A DNA stretch of 64,000 nt from Candidatus Bathyarchaeia archaeon (GCA_050010755.1 JBEKKK010000002.1:136577-200576); one strand, 5' to 3'; counted from the first letter of the stretch, positions 1 through 9,313 are shown. Numbers and translations: made by a program. The notes: generated by a model not told the origin, from the letters alone.

Positions 1-1
1 G

Positions 2-1693
2 CCGCGTTACGTGACGAAGGATTGCTCGGCCTGCGGAGAGTGCGTGAAGGTCTGTCCAATCGCGGTTCCGAACGAGTTCGACGTTGGTTTGGCGGTTAGG
101 CATGGAATATACACGCCTTTCGCTCAGGCTGTTCCTTCAACTTACATTATCGACATGAACCTGTGCCTCAATAAGGACGGCGTCATCGTGTGCGACAAGT
201 GCGTAAAAGCGTGTGACAGGCAGGCGATAAGCTTCGAGACGAAGCCCGTGACTGAGGAGCTTGAAGTGGGCACGATAATCGTGGCGACTGGAGCAGACGT
301 GTTCGACCCTACTGTGCTGCCTAACCTCGGGTACGGTAAGATTCCCAACGTGATCACATCTCTTGAGTTTGAGAGGCTAATCAACGCTGGCGGACCATCG
401 GGCGGCCATTTGATAAGGCCGAGCGATAGGCAGATTCCCAAGCGTGTAGCGTTTGTTCAATGCGTTGGCTCAAGGTCTGAAAAGACCGGAAAACTGTACT
501 GCAGCAACGTTTGCTGCATGAACACGATCAAGGACAGCCTTTTGATTAAGGAGCATTGGCCAGACACTGAAATCTACGTTTTCTACGTTGACATAAGGGC
601 CTACGGCAAGGGTTTTGAGGACCTGTACAAGCGAGCCAGAAATGCAGGCGTTGTGTTCGTCCGAGGATTGCCGGCGCAGATTGTGGAGGATAAGAAGACG
701 CATAACGTGTGGCTGATAGGCGAGAACACGTTAAGGAACGAAGTTTACAGGATTAACGCTGACATGGCGATTCTGTCGATAGGGCTGGAGGCTAGGAAGG
801 ACAGCGAGACGATTCAGCGGTTGCTGACGCTCTCGAGGAACCAGGACGGTTTCTTCTTGGAGGCACATCCGAAGCTCAGACCTGTCGACGCTGCTACGGG
901 CGGCGTTTTCTTCGCCGGTTGCGCCGAGTCTCCAAAGGACATAAAGGACAGTGTGACACAGGCCAGCGCGGCTGCGGCTCGAGCAGGCATACTCATGGCG
1001 AAAGGGCACGTGACGGTTGAAGCAATCACGCCCATCACGTTTCCTGAAAAGTGCAAGGCCTGCGGACTCTGCGTGAAGGTCTGCCCTTACAATGCCATCA
1101 GTTTGAACAAGGATTTGAAGAGGGTTGAAATCATCGAGGCGGCATGCGGCGGCTGCGGCACGTGCGCGGCCGAGTGCAACTTCGGTGCTTTGACTCAGAA
1201 GCACTTCACGGACGAGCAGATAATTGCCCAGATAGATGCGATTACTGAGAATGAGCCTGAGAAGAAGATCGTCGCTTTCTGCTGCAACTGGTGTTCGTAT
1301 GCAGGCGCGGACTTTGCCGGAGTTAGTCGTATGCAATATCCACCTAACGCGCGGATTATAAGGACGATGTGTTCTGGACGTGTTTCTCAAAAATTTGTCG
1401 AAAGGGCTTTCGCGCGTGGCGCCGCCACTGTGCTCGTGTCCGGCTGCCACCTAGGCGACTGTCATTACATCAACGCGAACTACCAGACGCAGAAGCGGAT
1501 GGAGCGGTTGTGGAAGAAGATGGAGCAGAGCGGTTTGGACAAGCAGCGTCTGCAGCTTCTGTGGGCTTCTGCGGCCGAGGGCGAAAAATTCGCGTCAAAA
1601 ATGCGTGAGATGAAGACGATAGTGGACAAGGTTAAGCTTGAGGAGATCGAGAAGGGCAAGAAGGTTTTTGCAAAAGTTTTGGAGGGCGACTAG
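2..1693 (+). CDS. hdrA: Heterodisulfide reductase subunit A C-terminal part fused to an MvhD-type [2Fe-2S] domain (5'-truncated by window edge)
   Basis: Frame open from position 2 (PRYVTKDCSACGEC). HdrA motifs LEFERLINAGGP, QCVGSR, YCSNVCCM, HPKLRPVD, PKDIKDSV; ferredoxin CxxCxxC repeats; C-terminal MvhD motifs AFCCNWCSY, MCSGRV, GCHLGDCHY. Confidence 0.9.
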   Translation, partial: PRYVTKDCSACGECVKVCPIAVPNEFDVGLAVRHGIYTPFAQAVPSTYIIDMNLCLNKDGVIVCDKCVKACDRQAISFETKPVTEELEVGTIIVATGADVFDPTVLPNLGYGKIPNVITSLEFERLINAGGPSGGHLIRPSDRQIPKRVAFVQCVGSRSEKTGKLYCSNVCCMNTIKDSLLIKEHWPDTEIYVFYVDIRAYGKGFEDLYKRARNAGVVFVRGLPAQIVEDKKTHNVWLIGENTLRNEVYRINADMAILSIGLEARKDSETIQRLLTLSRNQDGFFLEAHPKLRPVDAATGGVFFAGCAESPKDIKDSVTQASAAAARAGILMAKGHVTVEAITPITFPEKCKACGLCVKVCPYNAISLNKDLKRVEIIEAACGGCGTCAAECNFGALTQKHFTDEQIIAQIDAITENEPEKKIVAFCCNWCSYAGADFAGVSRMQYPPNARIIRTMCSGRVSQKFVERAFARGAATVLVSGCHLGDCHYINANYQTQKRMERLWKKMEQSGLDKQRLQLLWASAAEGEKFASKMREMKTIVDKVKLEEIEKGKKVFAKVLEGD

Positions 1694-1694
1694 T

Positions 1695-1973
1695 ATGCCA
1701 GAAAGGATTCGACATGCCCCGCTTGACCTGGAAAAAGTCAAACCTGCAAAAATGGAGATCCATCTCATCAAGGATGAGTGCAAAGGATGCGGCTACTGCA
1801 TCGAATACTGTCCCAAGAAGGTGTTGGAACAGTCGGACGAAATAAATGCCAGGGGAGTTCACCCTCCCAGAATCGTGGACGAGAGCCAGTGCATTAACTG
1901 CAGCTTCTGCAGCATAGTCTGCCCGGACTTTGCGATTTTCGTTACTGAGAAGAAGAACAAGGAGGAGAAGTGA
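1695..1973 (+). CDS. korD: 2-oxoacid:ferredoxin oxidoreductase delta subunit (2x[4Fe-4S])
   Basis: CKGCGYCIEYCP and CINCSFCSIVCPDFAI; ATG at 1695; directly precedes alpha/beta/gamma genes. Confidence 0.8.
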   Translation: MPERIRHAPLDLEKVKPAKMEIHLIKDECKGCGYCIEYCPKKVLEQSDEINARGVHPPRIVDESQCINCSFCSIVCPDFAIFVTEKKNKEEK

Positions 1974-1974
1974 A

Positions 1975-3126
1975 ATGCCCAAAGCGAAGAGTGCGTTAAC
2001 TGGCGCCCATTTCCTGAACGGCGACATCGCCTGTGCCGAAGGCGCAATAGCGGCTGGATGCAGGTTTTTTGCAGGTTACCCGATTACGCCAGCAACAGAG
2101 ATCGCCGAACATCTGTCTATGAGAATGCCCGAATTTGGCGGAATCTACATTCAGATGGAGGATGAGATTGCGTCGATGGCGGCCGTCATCGGTGCTTCTT
2201 ATTCCGGTTTGAAGGCCATGACCGCGACTTCGGGGCCTGGTTTCAGCCTCATGCAGGAGAACATAGGGCTTGCCGTTATGACGGAGGCTCCGTGCGTGAT
2301 CGTGGACGTTATGCGAGGCGGTCCGAGCACTGGGCAGCCGACCTTGCCCGGACAGCAGGACGTGATGCAAGCCAAATGGGGTTCGCATGGCGATTATGGC
2401 ATAATAGCTCTTTCGCCCAGTTCGGTTCAGGAGATGTTCGATTTAACCGTTGAAGCCTTCAACCTTTCTGAGACTTACCGCGTTCCGACCCTGCTGATGG
2501 GCGACGAGATAGTGGGTCACATGTGGGAGAAAGTGGTCATTCCTCCTCCCGACAAGATACGAATTGTAAACAGAAAGAAGCCGAACGTTCCACGAGAGAA
2601 GTATCTGCCGTTCAAGCCTGACGAAAATCTGGTGCCGTCCATGGCCTGTTTCGGCGAGGGCTTCCGTTTTCACGCGACGGGTTTGACGCACAACGAACAC
2701 GGTTATCCGAGGACCACGAGTTCCGAGGTTCAGTCTCAACTCGTTCATCGTCTGGTCGACAAGATTCAGAAGAACGCGGACAAGATAGTCAGGGTTGAGG
2801 AAGTTATGCTTGAAGACGCCGACATCGTCGTCGTCGCTTACGGCATTGTTGCCCGTGCTGGGCTGAGCGCGATTAGAAAGGCTAGAGAGAAAGGCATCAA
2901 GGCAGGATTGTTGAGGCTGATAACACTGTGGCCCTTCCCGGAAAAACAGGTTGCTAAAGCAGCGCAGAGCGCTAGGGCGATTGTTGTGCCAGAGATGAAC
3001 TGTGGGCAGATGGTCCGAGAGGTTGAGAGAGCTGCAAAAGAGACCCCTGTTGCGTTTCTCTCAAAGTTGGGGGAGGATCCTCACACTCCACTGGAGATTC
3101 TTGAGGTCATAAGGAGGAGCAAGTAG
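1975..3126 (+). CDS. korA: 2-oxoacid:ferredoxin oxidoreductase alpha subunit
   Basis: AGYPITPATE, QMEDEIAS, TATSGPG, RGGPSTGQPT, PEMNCGQ motifs; substrate specificity not determinable. Confidence 0.88.
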   Translation: MPKAKSALTGAHFLNGDIACAEGAIAAGCRFFAGYPITPATEIAEHLSMRMPEFGGIYIQMEDEIASMAAVIGASYSGLKAMTATSGPGFSLMQENIGLAVMTEAPCVIVDVMRGGPSTGQPTLPGQQDVMQAKWGSHGDYGIIALSPSSVQEMFDLTVEAFNLSETYRVPTLLMGDEIVGHMWEKVVIPPPDKIRIVNRKKPNVPREKYLPFKPDENLVPSMACFGEGFRFHATGLTHNEHGYPRTTSSEVQSQLVHRLVDKIQKNADKIVRVEEVMLEDADIVVVAYGIVARAGLSAIRKAREKGIKAGLLRLITLWPFPEKQVAKAAQSARAIVVPEMNCGQMVREVERAAKETPVAFLSKLGEDPHTPLEILEVIRRSK

Positions 3127-3987
3127 ATGGTTCAAGAAAATGTTCCGCCGGTCATTTTGCATCCGTTTTCGAAGTATCTGAGAGAAGATATGATGCCGCA
3201 CATCTGGTGTCAGGGTTGTGGCAACGGTGTATTGTTGAACGCTTTCGTGCACGCGTTGGATGAACTTCAAACGGACTTGGACAAGTTGGTCGTCGTTTCA
3301 GGCATTGGCTGCATCGGAAGAAGTGCTGGGTACATGAACACGGATTCCTTCCATACAACACATGGTCGTGCCCTACCCTTTGCAACAGGAGTCAAGTTGG
3401 CAAACCCTGAGTTAGAGGTCGTCGTCATAAGTGGTGATGGTGACCTCTTCGCTATAGGAGGAAACCATTTCATTCACGCGGCCAGGAGAAACATCGGCAT
3501 CAAAGTGCTATGTGCAAACAACCTGAACTACGGCATGACTGGAGGTCAGCAGGGCCCCACCACGCCGCTTGACTCGGTGACCACCACAAGCATGTACGGG
3601 AACATCGAGCATCCGTTCAACCTTGTCCACTTGGCGGCAGCCTCGGGCGCCACCTACGTGGCCCGCTGGACATCTTTGCACGTGCGCAGGTTGACGCAGT
3701 CTATCAAGAAGATGCTGCAGAAGGAGGGCTTCTGTTTCATTGAGATGCTCTCACCTTGTCCTGAAATCTATGGCCGCTACAACAAGATGCGGTCGGGCCT
3801 CGAAATGATGGGCTGGTTCAAAAAGGCCTCAGTTGTCGAAAACTTTTCAGATCCGTCGAAGGCCGATATCACTGCGGACAGGATAGTCGTTGGCGAATTC
3901 GTTGATATCAATAAGTTGAGCTACGAGAAGATGCTGCACGAGAAGATTTCAAAGATAAACGAAAAGGCGATGGAAAAGGTGAGTTAG
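3127..3987 (+). CDS. korB: 2-oxoacid:ferredoxin oxidoreductase beta subunit (TPP-binding)
   Basis: WCQGCG, SGIGC, HTTHGRA, GDGD...NNLNYGMTGGQ TPP motif. Confidence 0.88.
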   Translation: MVQENVPPVILHPFSKYLREDMMPHIWCQGCGNGVLLNAFVHALDELQTDLDKLVVVSGIGCIGRSAGYMNTDSFHTTHGRALPFATGVKLANPELEVVVISGDGDLFAIGGNHFIHAARRNIGIKVLCANNLNYGMTGGQQGPTTPLDSVTTTSMYGNIEHPFNLVHLAAASGATYVARWTSLHVRRLTQSIKKMLQKEGFCFIEMLSPCPEIYGRYNKMRSGLEMMGWFKKASVVENFSDPSKADITADRIVVGEFVDINKLSYEKMLHEKISKINEKAMEKVS

Positions 3988-3988
3988 C

Positions 3989-4531
3989 ATGAGAGTCGAG
4001 GTTAGGTTCGCAGGCTTCGGAGGCCAGGGAATAATCAAGTCTGGGATAATCGTGGCGGCAGCGGCTTCCATACACTCAGACAAGAACGCTGTTCAAACGC
4101 AGTCTTACGGTCCTGAGTCGCGTGGGGGAGCGTGCAAGTCCGAAGTCGTGATTTCTGAGGAAGACATTGATTTCCCGAAGGTTGTCGAGCCCGATGTGTT
4201 GGTAGTGATGTCGCAGGCCGCTTACAACGATTACGCAGATGACGTTAAGCCTGGGGGCACGGTGATTCTGGATCCCGACATGATTCCGCGCCGGAAGGAA
4301 ATGAAGGGCCTAAGGGTCTATCAAGTTCCCGCAACGAAGATTGCGGAGGAACTGGGAAGAAGAATAGTTGCAAACATCGTCATGTTAGGCGCGTTCACCG
4401 CCATCACCGAGCTGATGGATGAAAAAGCGTTGAAGGAGTCTGTCAAGGAAAACATTCCCAAGGGAACTGAAGAGTTAAACCTGGCAGCCTTCGACAAGGG
4501 ATTCGAATACGGAAAGACCTTCAAAAACTAG
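3989..4531 (+). CDS. korC: 2-oxoacid:ferredoxin oxidoreductase gamma subunit
   Basis: AGFGGQG, SYGPESRGG, NIVMLGA motifs. Confidence 0.88.
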   Translation: MRVEVRFAGFGGQGIIKSGIIVAAAASIHSDKNAVQTQSYGPESRGGACKSEVVISEEDIDFPKVVEPDVLVVMSQAAYNDYADDVKPGGTVILDPDMIPRRKEMKGLRVYQVPATKIAEELGRRIVANIVMLGAFTAITELMDEKALKESVKENIPKGTEELNLAAFDKGFEYGKTFKN

Positions 4532-4533
4532 GT

Positions 4534-5142
4534 TTACGCGCTCTGCTGAACTTGCGGTTGGGACGCGACAGATACTACTTTTGAGCCCCTGACGCCTACG
4601 TGACGCAGTGGAGCGATTTTTTTTGCGTCGTTGTATATGTCAGACGCTATTTTTCCGAGAACGATTTCCTGTGCGAGCTGATCCATCGTGAGGGCGGAGG
4701 CTTTTTCTTTCATTATCTTGTCCATTATGGCGCGCAGGATCTTTTCCTGTGATGTTTTGATTCTTGAGAGTGTAAAAGCGCTGACAGCTATTCTCAAGGT
4801 GTACCCGTCTTTCGTCGTGACCTTGAACAGGCCGTCAACCTTCGTTGTTCTGCGTCTCACTAGGCTTCGCAGGTAATCCCGCGAGTATTCATGCCCCTTA
4901 AACATTGTCTTAGCCGTTTTGCCGTCGATTTCGGTTATCTGGAAGCGCATCTTCAGGTACTGGTGGGCAAAATCGTTCGTAATGTCGTAAAGCGTCGAGT
5001 CGATTACTCTTCCGATGAGTTTCTCCGGTTCATCAGCAGGGACTCCGCCAAGCTCGACGTTTCCAAAGTAGGGTGGAGCCGTTACCATGTACCACTGCTT
5101 GCTTCGCCACTTGTCGCGCACTTTCTTCGTTTTTGAAGACAC
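4534..5142 (-). CDS. rps3ae: 30S ribosomal protein S3Ae (eS1)
   Basis: DKWRSKQWY, DYLRSLVRRRTTKVD, KKIAPLRHV motifs. Confidence 0.93.
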   Translation of the reverse strand: MSSKTKKVRDKWRSKQWYMVTAPPYFGNVELGGVPADEPEKLIGRVIDSTLYDITNDFAHQYLKMRFQITEIDGKTAKTMFKGHEYSRDYLRSLVRRRTTKVDGLFKVTTKDGYTLRIAVSAFTLSRIKTSQEKILRAIMDKIMKEKASALTMDQLAQEIVLGKIASDIYNDAKKIAPLRHVGVRGSKVVSVASQPQVQQSA

Positions 5143-5192
5143 TGTTATCCTCCGGGTGCAGCTTGAATGTTCACATCAGACTATTAAAAGTT

Positions 5193-6482
5193 TTACCGTT
5201 TGTACGTTATTTTTTCGATACCGCCCATGTATTTTCTCAGGGCTTCGGGAACCGTTATTGATCCGTCTTCCTGCTGATAGTTTTCGAGGATGGCAACGAT
5301 TGTTCTTCCTGTTGCGAGGGCTGTTGAGTTCAGGGTGTGGACGAAGCCTTTGGGTGCTTCCCCTTCTTTTTCTCTGTACTTGATGTTTAATCTTCTGGCC
5401 TGATAGTCGGTGCAGTTACTGCAAGAAACCAATTCTCGATAGGCGCTCTGCGCCGGCATCCACGCTTCAATGTCGTATTTTTTCGCGGCCACGGTTCCGA
5501 TGTCGCCCGTGCACACGTTCACAACACGGTACGAAAGCCCGAGTTTCCGAACAATCTCCTCAGCGTTGTGTATCAGTTCTTCATGGATTTTCCACGAGTC
5601 TTCAGGCTTGCAGAACACGAACTGTTCAACCTTGTTGAACTGGTGCGTTCGAAAAATCCCCTTCGTGTCCTTGCCATGCGCCCCTGCTTCTTTCCTGAAA
5701 CAGGGGCTAAATCCTACAAGTTTGAGAGGAAGGTCTTCTGCTCTCAGGACTTCGTCCATGTACATTGACGCCATAGGGTGCTCAGCGGTCGCGATGAGGT
5801 ACAGGTCTTCGTTTTCAATCTTGTAGAGCACGTCTTCGAAGTCGCTCAGGGCGACTGCTCCTTCGTAGGGTTTGCGTCTGATAAGAAAAGGCGGCTCGAT
5901 TGGCTCGTAGCCCTTCTTGCTCATTTCTTCCAGGGCGAAGCTGATGATGGCGTTGTCGAGGAAGACGGCTTCGTTCTTGAGATAGAAGAATCTTGCTCCG
6001 GCGATTTTTCCCGCCCTCTCGATGTCTATGATGTCAAGGTTAAGGCCTAGGTCTATGTGGCCTTTTACTGGAAAACTGAACTTGGGTGTCTTGCCCCATT
6101 TTCTGATTTCAACGTTATCGTTTTCGTCCTTGCCCACGGGCACGGTTTCATGGAGCAGGTTTGGCAGGCGCATCAGCAGGTCGTGCACCTTCTCTTCCCA
6201 TTCGCTGACGTGCCCTTCGAGAGTGCTGATTTCATTATCCGTTTTTTTTGCCTTGGAGATTTTGTCAGCGGCGTCTTCACCCTTTTTCTTCGTCGTGGCT
6301 ATCTCGGCGGTTATCTGCTTTCTCTCGTGGCGAAGCTCGTTCAGTCTGGTTAAGCCTTGCCGCCATTGTTTGTCATAATCGATTAGGCTCTCGAGCATTT
6401 TCTCGTTTCCAGGATCTCCCCTCTTCTTCAAATTGTTCCTTATAGAGTCTGGGTTTTCCCGAATGAGCTTGATATCAAGCAT
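5193..6482 (-). CDS. serS: Serine--tRNA ligase (standard type)
   Basis: MLDIKLIRENP N-terminus with coiled coil, ATAEHP, CFRKEAG, HQFNKVEQF, SCSNCTDYQARRL, HTLNST. Confidence 0.96.
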   Translation of the reverse strand: MLDIKLIRENPDSIRNNLKKRGDPGNEKMLESLIDYDKQWRQGLTRLNELRHERKQITAEIATTKKKGEDAADKISKAKKTDNEISTLEGHVSEWEEKVHDLLMRLPNLLHETVPVGKDENDNVEIRKWGKTPKFSFPVKGHIDLGLNLDIIDIERAGKIAGARFFYLKNEAVFLDNAIISFALEEMSKKGYEPIEPPFLIRRKPYEGAVALSDFEDVLYKIENEDLYLIATAEHPMASMYMDEVLRAEDLPLKLVGFSPCFRKEAGAHGKDTKGIFRTHQFNKVEQFVFCKPEDSWKIHEELIHNAEEIVRKLGLSYRVVNVCTGDIGTVAAKKYDIEAWMPAQSAYRELVSCSNCTDYQARRLNIKYREKEGEAPKGFVHTLNSTALATGRTIVAILENYQQEDGSITVPEALRKYMGGIEKITYKR

Positions 6483-7172
6483 TTTCCGTCACTTGCAACC
6501 TTTACCGTTAGCCCCGAATCGTCTATTTAACGTTGCGATCGAAATTGCACGGGAACCGAACAATGTTTCAGAGGGCCGGTAACTCTTCAGATGCGTCGTC
6601 AACGCGATATGAACGGCGCGCGCGGGCGAATTAGATAATTCGGGGAAGTGCTGAATGGGCTTTGTTTTTTGTTGAAACTGTTGGAACGTGAAGTGGCAAA
6701 GAGTCTTAACATGTCTGCTGGTTGTTGACGGCAATTGTATCATCGGCTCTTGTGCGCTTGTCGATGAGTTTGGAGAGGTTTGAGCAGGTGTAAGAGCAAG
6801 CTGGACCGAAGCCGTTGTCTTGTCTTCACCATCATTAAACGGAATAATCCTGAAATCGTCCTGAAGACGGGCACTTGTACAGTGAGTTTGCATAATGTTA
6901 TGAGTGAGTTTCGAGTCTGAACAGAGCCTGCTGGAAGCTTCTATTGCATAACACAGCCTCCGCACAGCCTAATTCCGAAAAAACTTTTTTCTCGAATCAA
7001 ACCTCGCGCCAAACCTAAGCGCGCGCTGCCCTGTGTTATGTCCAAAAACATCGCTGAAGACTCGTGGAGCTTTTTTCCTGTGGAAACTCAAGCAACGTTC
7101 GTTGTTCGTTTCGTGTGCGTTAGCTATAAAAGGCAAAGGTTTGCTATTATGAATGGTTGAAGCTTGGGAATC

Positions 7173-7511
7173 ATGAGTGAAGTATCTGAAAGTGGCAAGC
7201 CGGTTTCGCCTGAGAAACTTTTGATTGATGATCCCTCCAACTTTCTGTTTCATGCCGCTTTTCTCACTTATTCTGAAGCGTTTGACAAGACTGTTGATCC
7301 TGAGGGTAAGAAACAACTCAATGACAGCATCGTGGCTCTTCAGCAGAATCAAATAGACTGCCAAACTTTCTACAGGAATATCAGTCGCTTCCGAGAAGAT
7401 AATGGGACAGCCCCGCGCACCTTCGGCCGATTGCAAATCAAGACGCAGAGAAAACGAGAGTGGCGCAGACAAACGCAGAAACACGAGAGGATCGAGCGGC
7501 ACAAGAAATAG
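7173..7511 (+). CDS. Hypothetical protein with highly basic C-terminal helix
   Basis: Clean ~112-aa ORF, TATA-like TATAAAA at ~7125, same strand as downstream gene. Confidence 0.6.
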   Translation: MSEVSESGKPVSPEKLLIDDPSNFLFHAAFLTYSEAFDKTVDPEGKKQLNDSIVALQQNQIDCQTFYRNISRFREDNGTAPRTFGRLQIKTQRKREWRRQTQKHERIERHKK

Positions 7512-7575
7512 ACGACTTCCAGCAATTAGCATCCGTGAAGTCTCGAATATCGAAATTTCATGACAAGGCTCATGG

Positions 7576-8589
7576 GTGAGAGATTTGGAAGCTTGGAAAA
7601 CTGTCTTGAAAGGAGACTCAACGGAGTGGCTGTTGGGTGAAGAAAATCCTTCCGTGCGTTACTTCACTTTGCGTGACGTTTTAGACAAGAGCGAGAACGA
7701 TCCAAAGGTAAAGAAATCCAGAAAGGCGATAATGCAGATCGGCCCCGTTCCCAAGATTTTATCCAAACAGAAGAGCGATGGCTACTGGGGAGTTGCTGAA
7801 AATTTCTACCGTGGCAAATACAAGTCGACAGTTTGGCAGCTCATGGTTCTGGCAGAGCTTGGGGCGGATCCTGACCACGAGCGAGTGAAAAGTGCTTGCG
7901 AATTCATTCTCGAGCATTCCCAAGATATTGAGAGTGGCGGTTTCAGCTACATGAGCGCTTCAACTGGCGGAGGAGCGCATGGCAAGGTGTTACCGTGTCT
8001 CACTGGAAATATGATTTGGAGTTTGATCAAACTCGGCTATTTGAAGGATGCAAGAGTTCAGAAAGGAATAGACTGGATAGTCAAGTATCAGAGGTTTGAT
8101 GACGCAGTGAAAGAGGCGGCGAGTGGGTGGCCTTACGACGGACATGAAAGGTGCTGGGGCAGACACAGCTGTCATATGGGTGTGGTGAAGGCGTTGAAGG
8201 CGTTAGCAGAAGTCCCCGCCGATGAAAGATCCGAAGATCTGCAACGTGCTATTCGGAAGGGAACTGAATACTTCCTCCTGCATCACGTGTACAAGAGAAG
8301 CCATGACTTAACGCGTGTTTCTAAGCGAGAGTGGCTGCAATTTGGTTTTCCGCTGATGTGGAACACAGACGTCTTGGAGATAATGGGCATCTTGACGAAG
8401 CTGGGTTGCCGTGACGAACGCATGCAGGAAGCTGTGGATCTAGTGGTTTCAAAACAAGATCGCCTCGGCAGGTGGAAGCTCGAAAGAAGCTTCAACGGCC
8501 GCCTACAAGTAAACATTGAACAGAAGGGCAAGCCGAGTAAGTGGGTCACTCTGAACGCCCTAAAGGTTCTGAAGCAATTCTGCATCTAA
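7576..8589 (+). CDS. Prenyltransferase/squalene-cyclase-like alpha/alpha-barrel protein
   Basis: QW-like repeats QKSDGYW, QDIESGGF, QRFDD, QDRLGRW; C-terminal GKPSKWVTLNALKVL. Confidence 0.65.
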   Translation: MRDLEAWKTVLKGDSTEWLLGEENPSVRYFTLRDVLDKSENDPKVKKSRKAIMQIGPVPKILSKQKSDGYWGVAENFYRGKYKSTVWQLMVLAELGADPDHERVKSACEFILEHSQDIESGGFSYMSASTGGGAHGKVLPCLTGNMIWSLIKLGYLKDARVQKGIDWIVKYQRFDDAVKEAASGWPYDGHERCWGRHSCHMGVVKALKALAEVPADERSEDLQRAIRKGTEYFLLHHVYKRSHDLTRVSKREWLQFGFPLMWNTDVLEIMGILTKLGCRDERMQEAVDLVVSKQDRLGRWKLERSFNGRLQVNIEQKGKPSKWVTLNALKVLKQFCI

Positions 8590-8796
8590 CCTAGGAAGCA
8601 CTGAAATAGTACGAAGGCTGGTTCGACCATACAAACGCGTGCTCGACTTTTCTTTTGTTGATCAAGATGGAAATACAGACTTTCTGAAACCAAAGAATAC
8701 AGCTTTTCTCGAACGGCGTCTAAGCAACCTGAATAGAGCGCGCGCGGCTATGGAAAATTAGCTTAGGTGCCATTCTTGGATAAGCATCCGTTTTCG

Positions 8797-9313
8797 TCAG
8801 GTTTTTGTGAAGCTGTATGTGTGTTTTCCCTTTTTCAAGAGTCGGAATAGACTCTGGCTTGTAATTTTGGAAGTTATTTCACCTTCGTTCAAATGGTGGT
8901 CGCTGAAAGATAGTATACCTTCAGGTTTCAGGATTCGGTGCAATTCTGTCAAGACTGAGTCTTGATCCTCTAGGTCGTGAAAGACATCGTAGAGCAGCAC
9001 AACGTCTATGCTGTTGTCGTGCAGTCCAGTTTTGCAGTCAGAAAAATATAGTTTCTACGTTCTGAAGTTTCTTCTTTGCAGTAAGTCTCTTAACCATTTC
9101 AAGGGCGACGGGCATCACATCTAAAGCGTACAATCTGCCGTTTTCTCCTATCAGCTCGGAAACGGGAGCGATGTAGCCTCCAGGTCCACAGCCGTAGTCG
9201 AGCACCTTGAAACCTCCCTTAATCCCGACCTCTTTCATTACTTCCATGCGGGGTCTTAGCCTGTCTCGAATTCTGAATTCCAAAGCCATGAGTTTAAACC
9301 ACAAGTCTGACAA
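8797..9313 (-). pseudogene. Class I SAM-dependent methyltransferase split by a one-base frameshift
   Basis: VLDYGCGPG motif I in 9038..9313; continuation SDCKTGLHDNSIDVVLLYDVFH...HRILKPEG in the next frame; junction ATA TTT TTC TGA C at the A5 run 9042-9046. Confidence 0.75.

Noticed and set aside
6489-6965. 158-aa minus-strand ORF upstream of serS
   Set aside because: Composition not protein-like and it runs through the likely serS promoter; not called as a CDS
6969-7532. 187-aa minus-strand ORF
   Set aside because: Antisense to the more protein-like 7173..7511 ORF; no recognisable features
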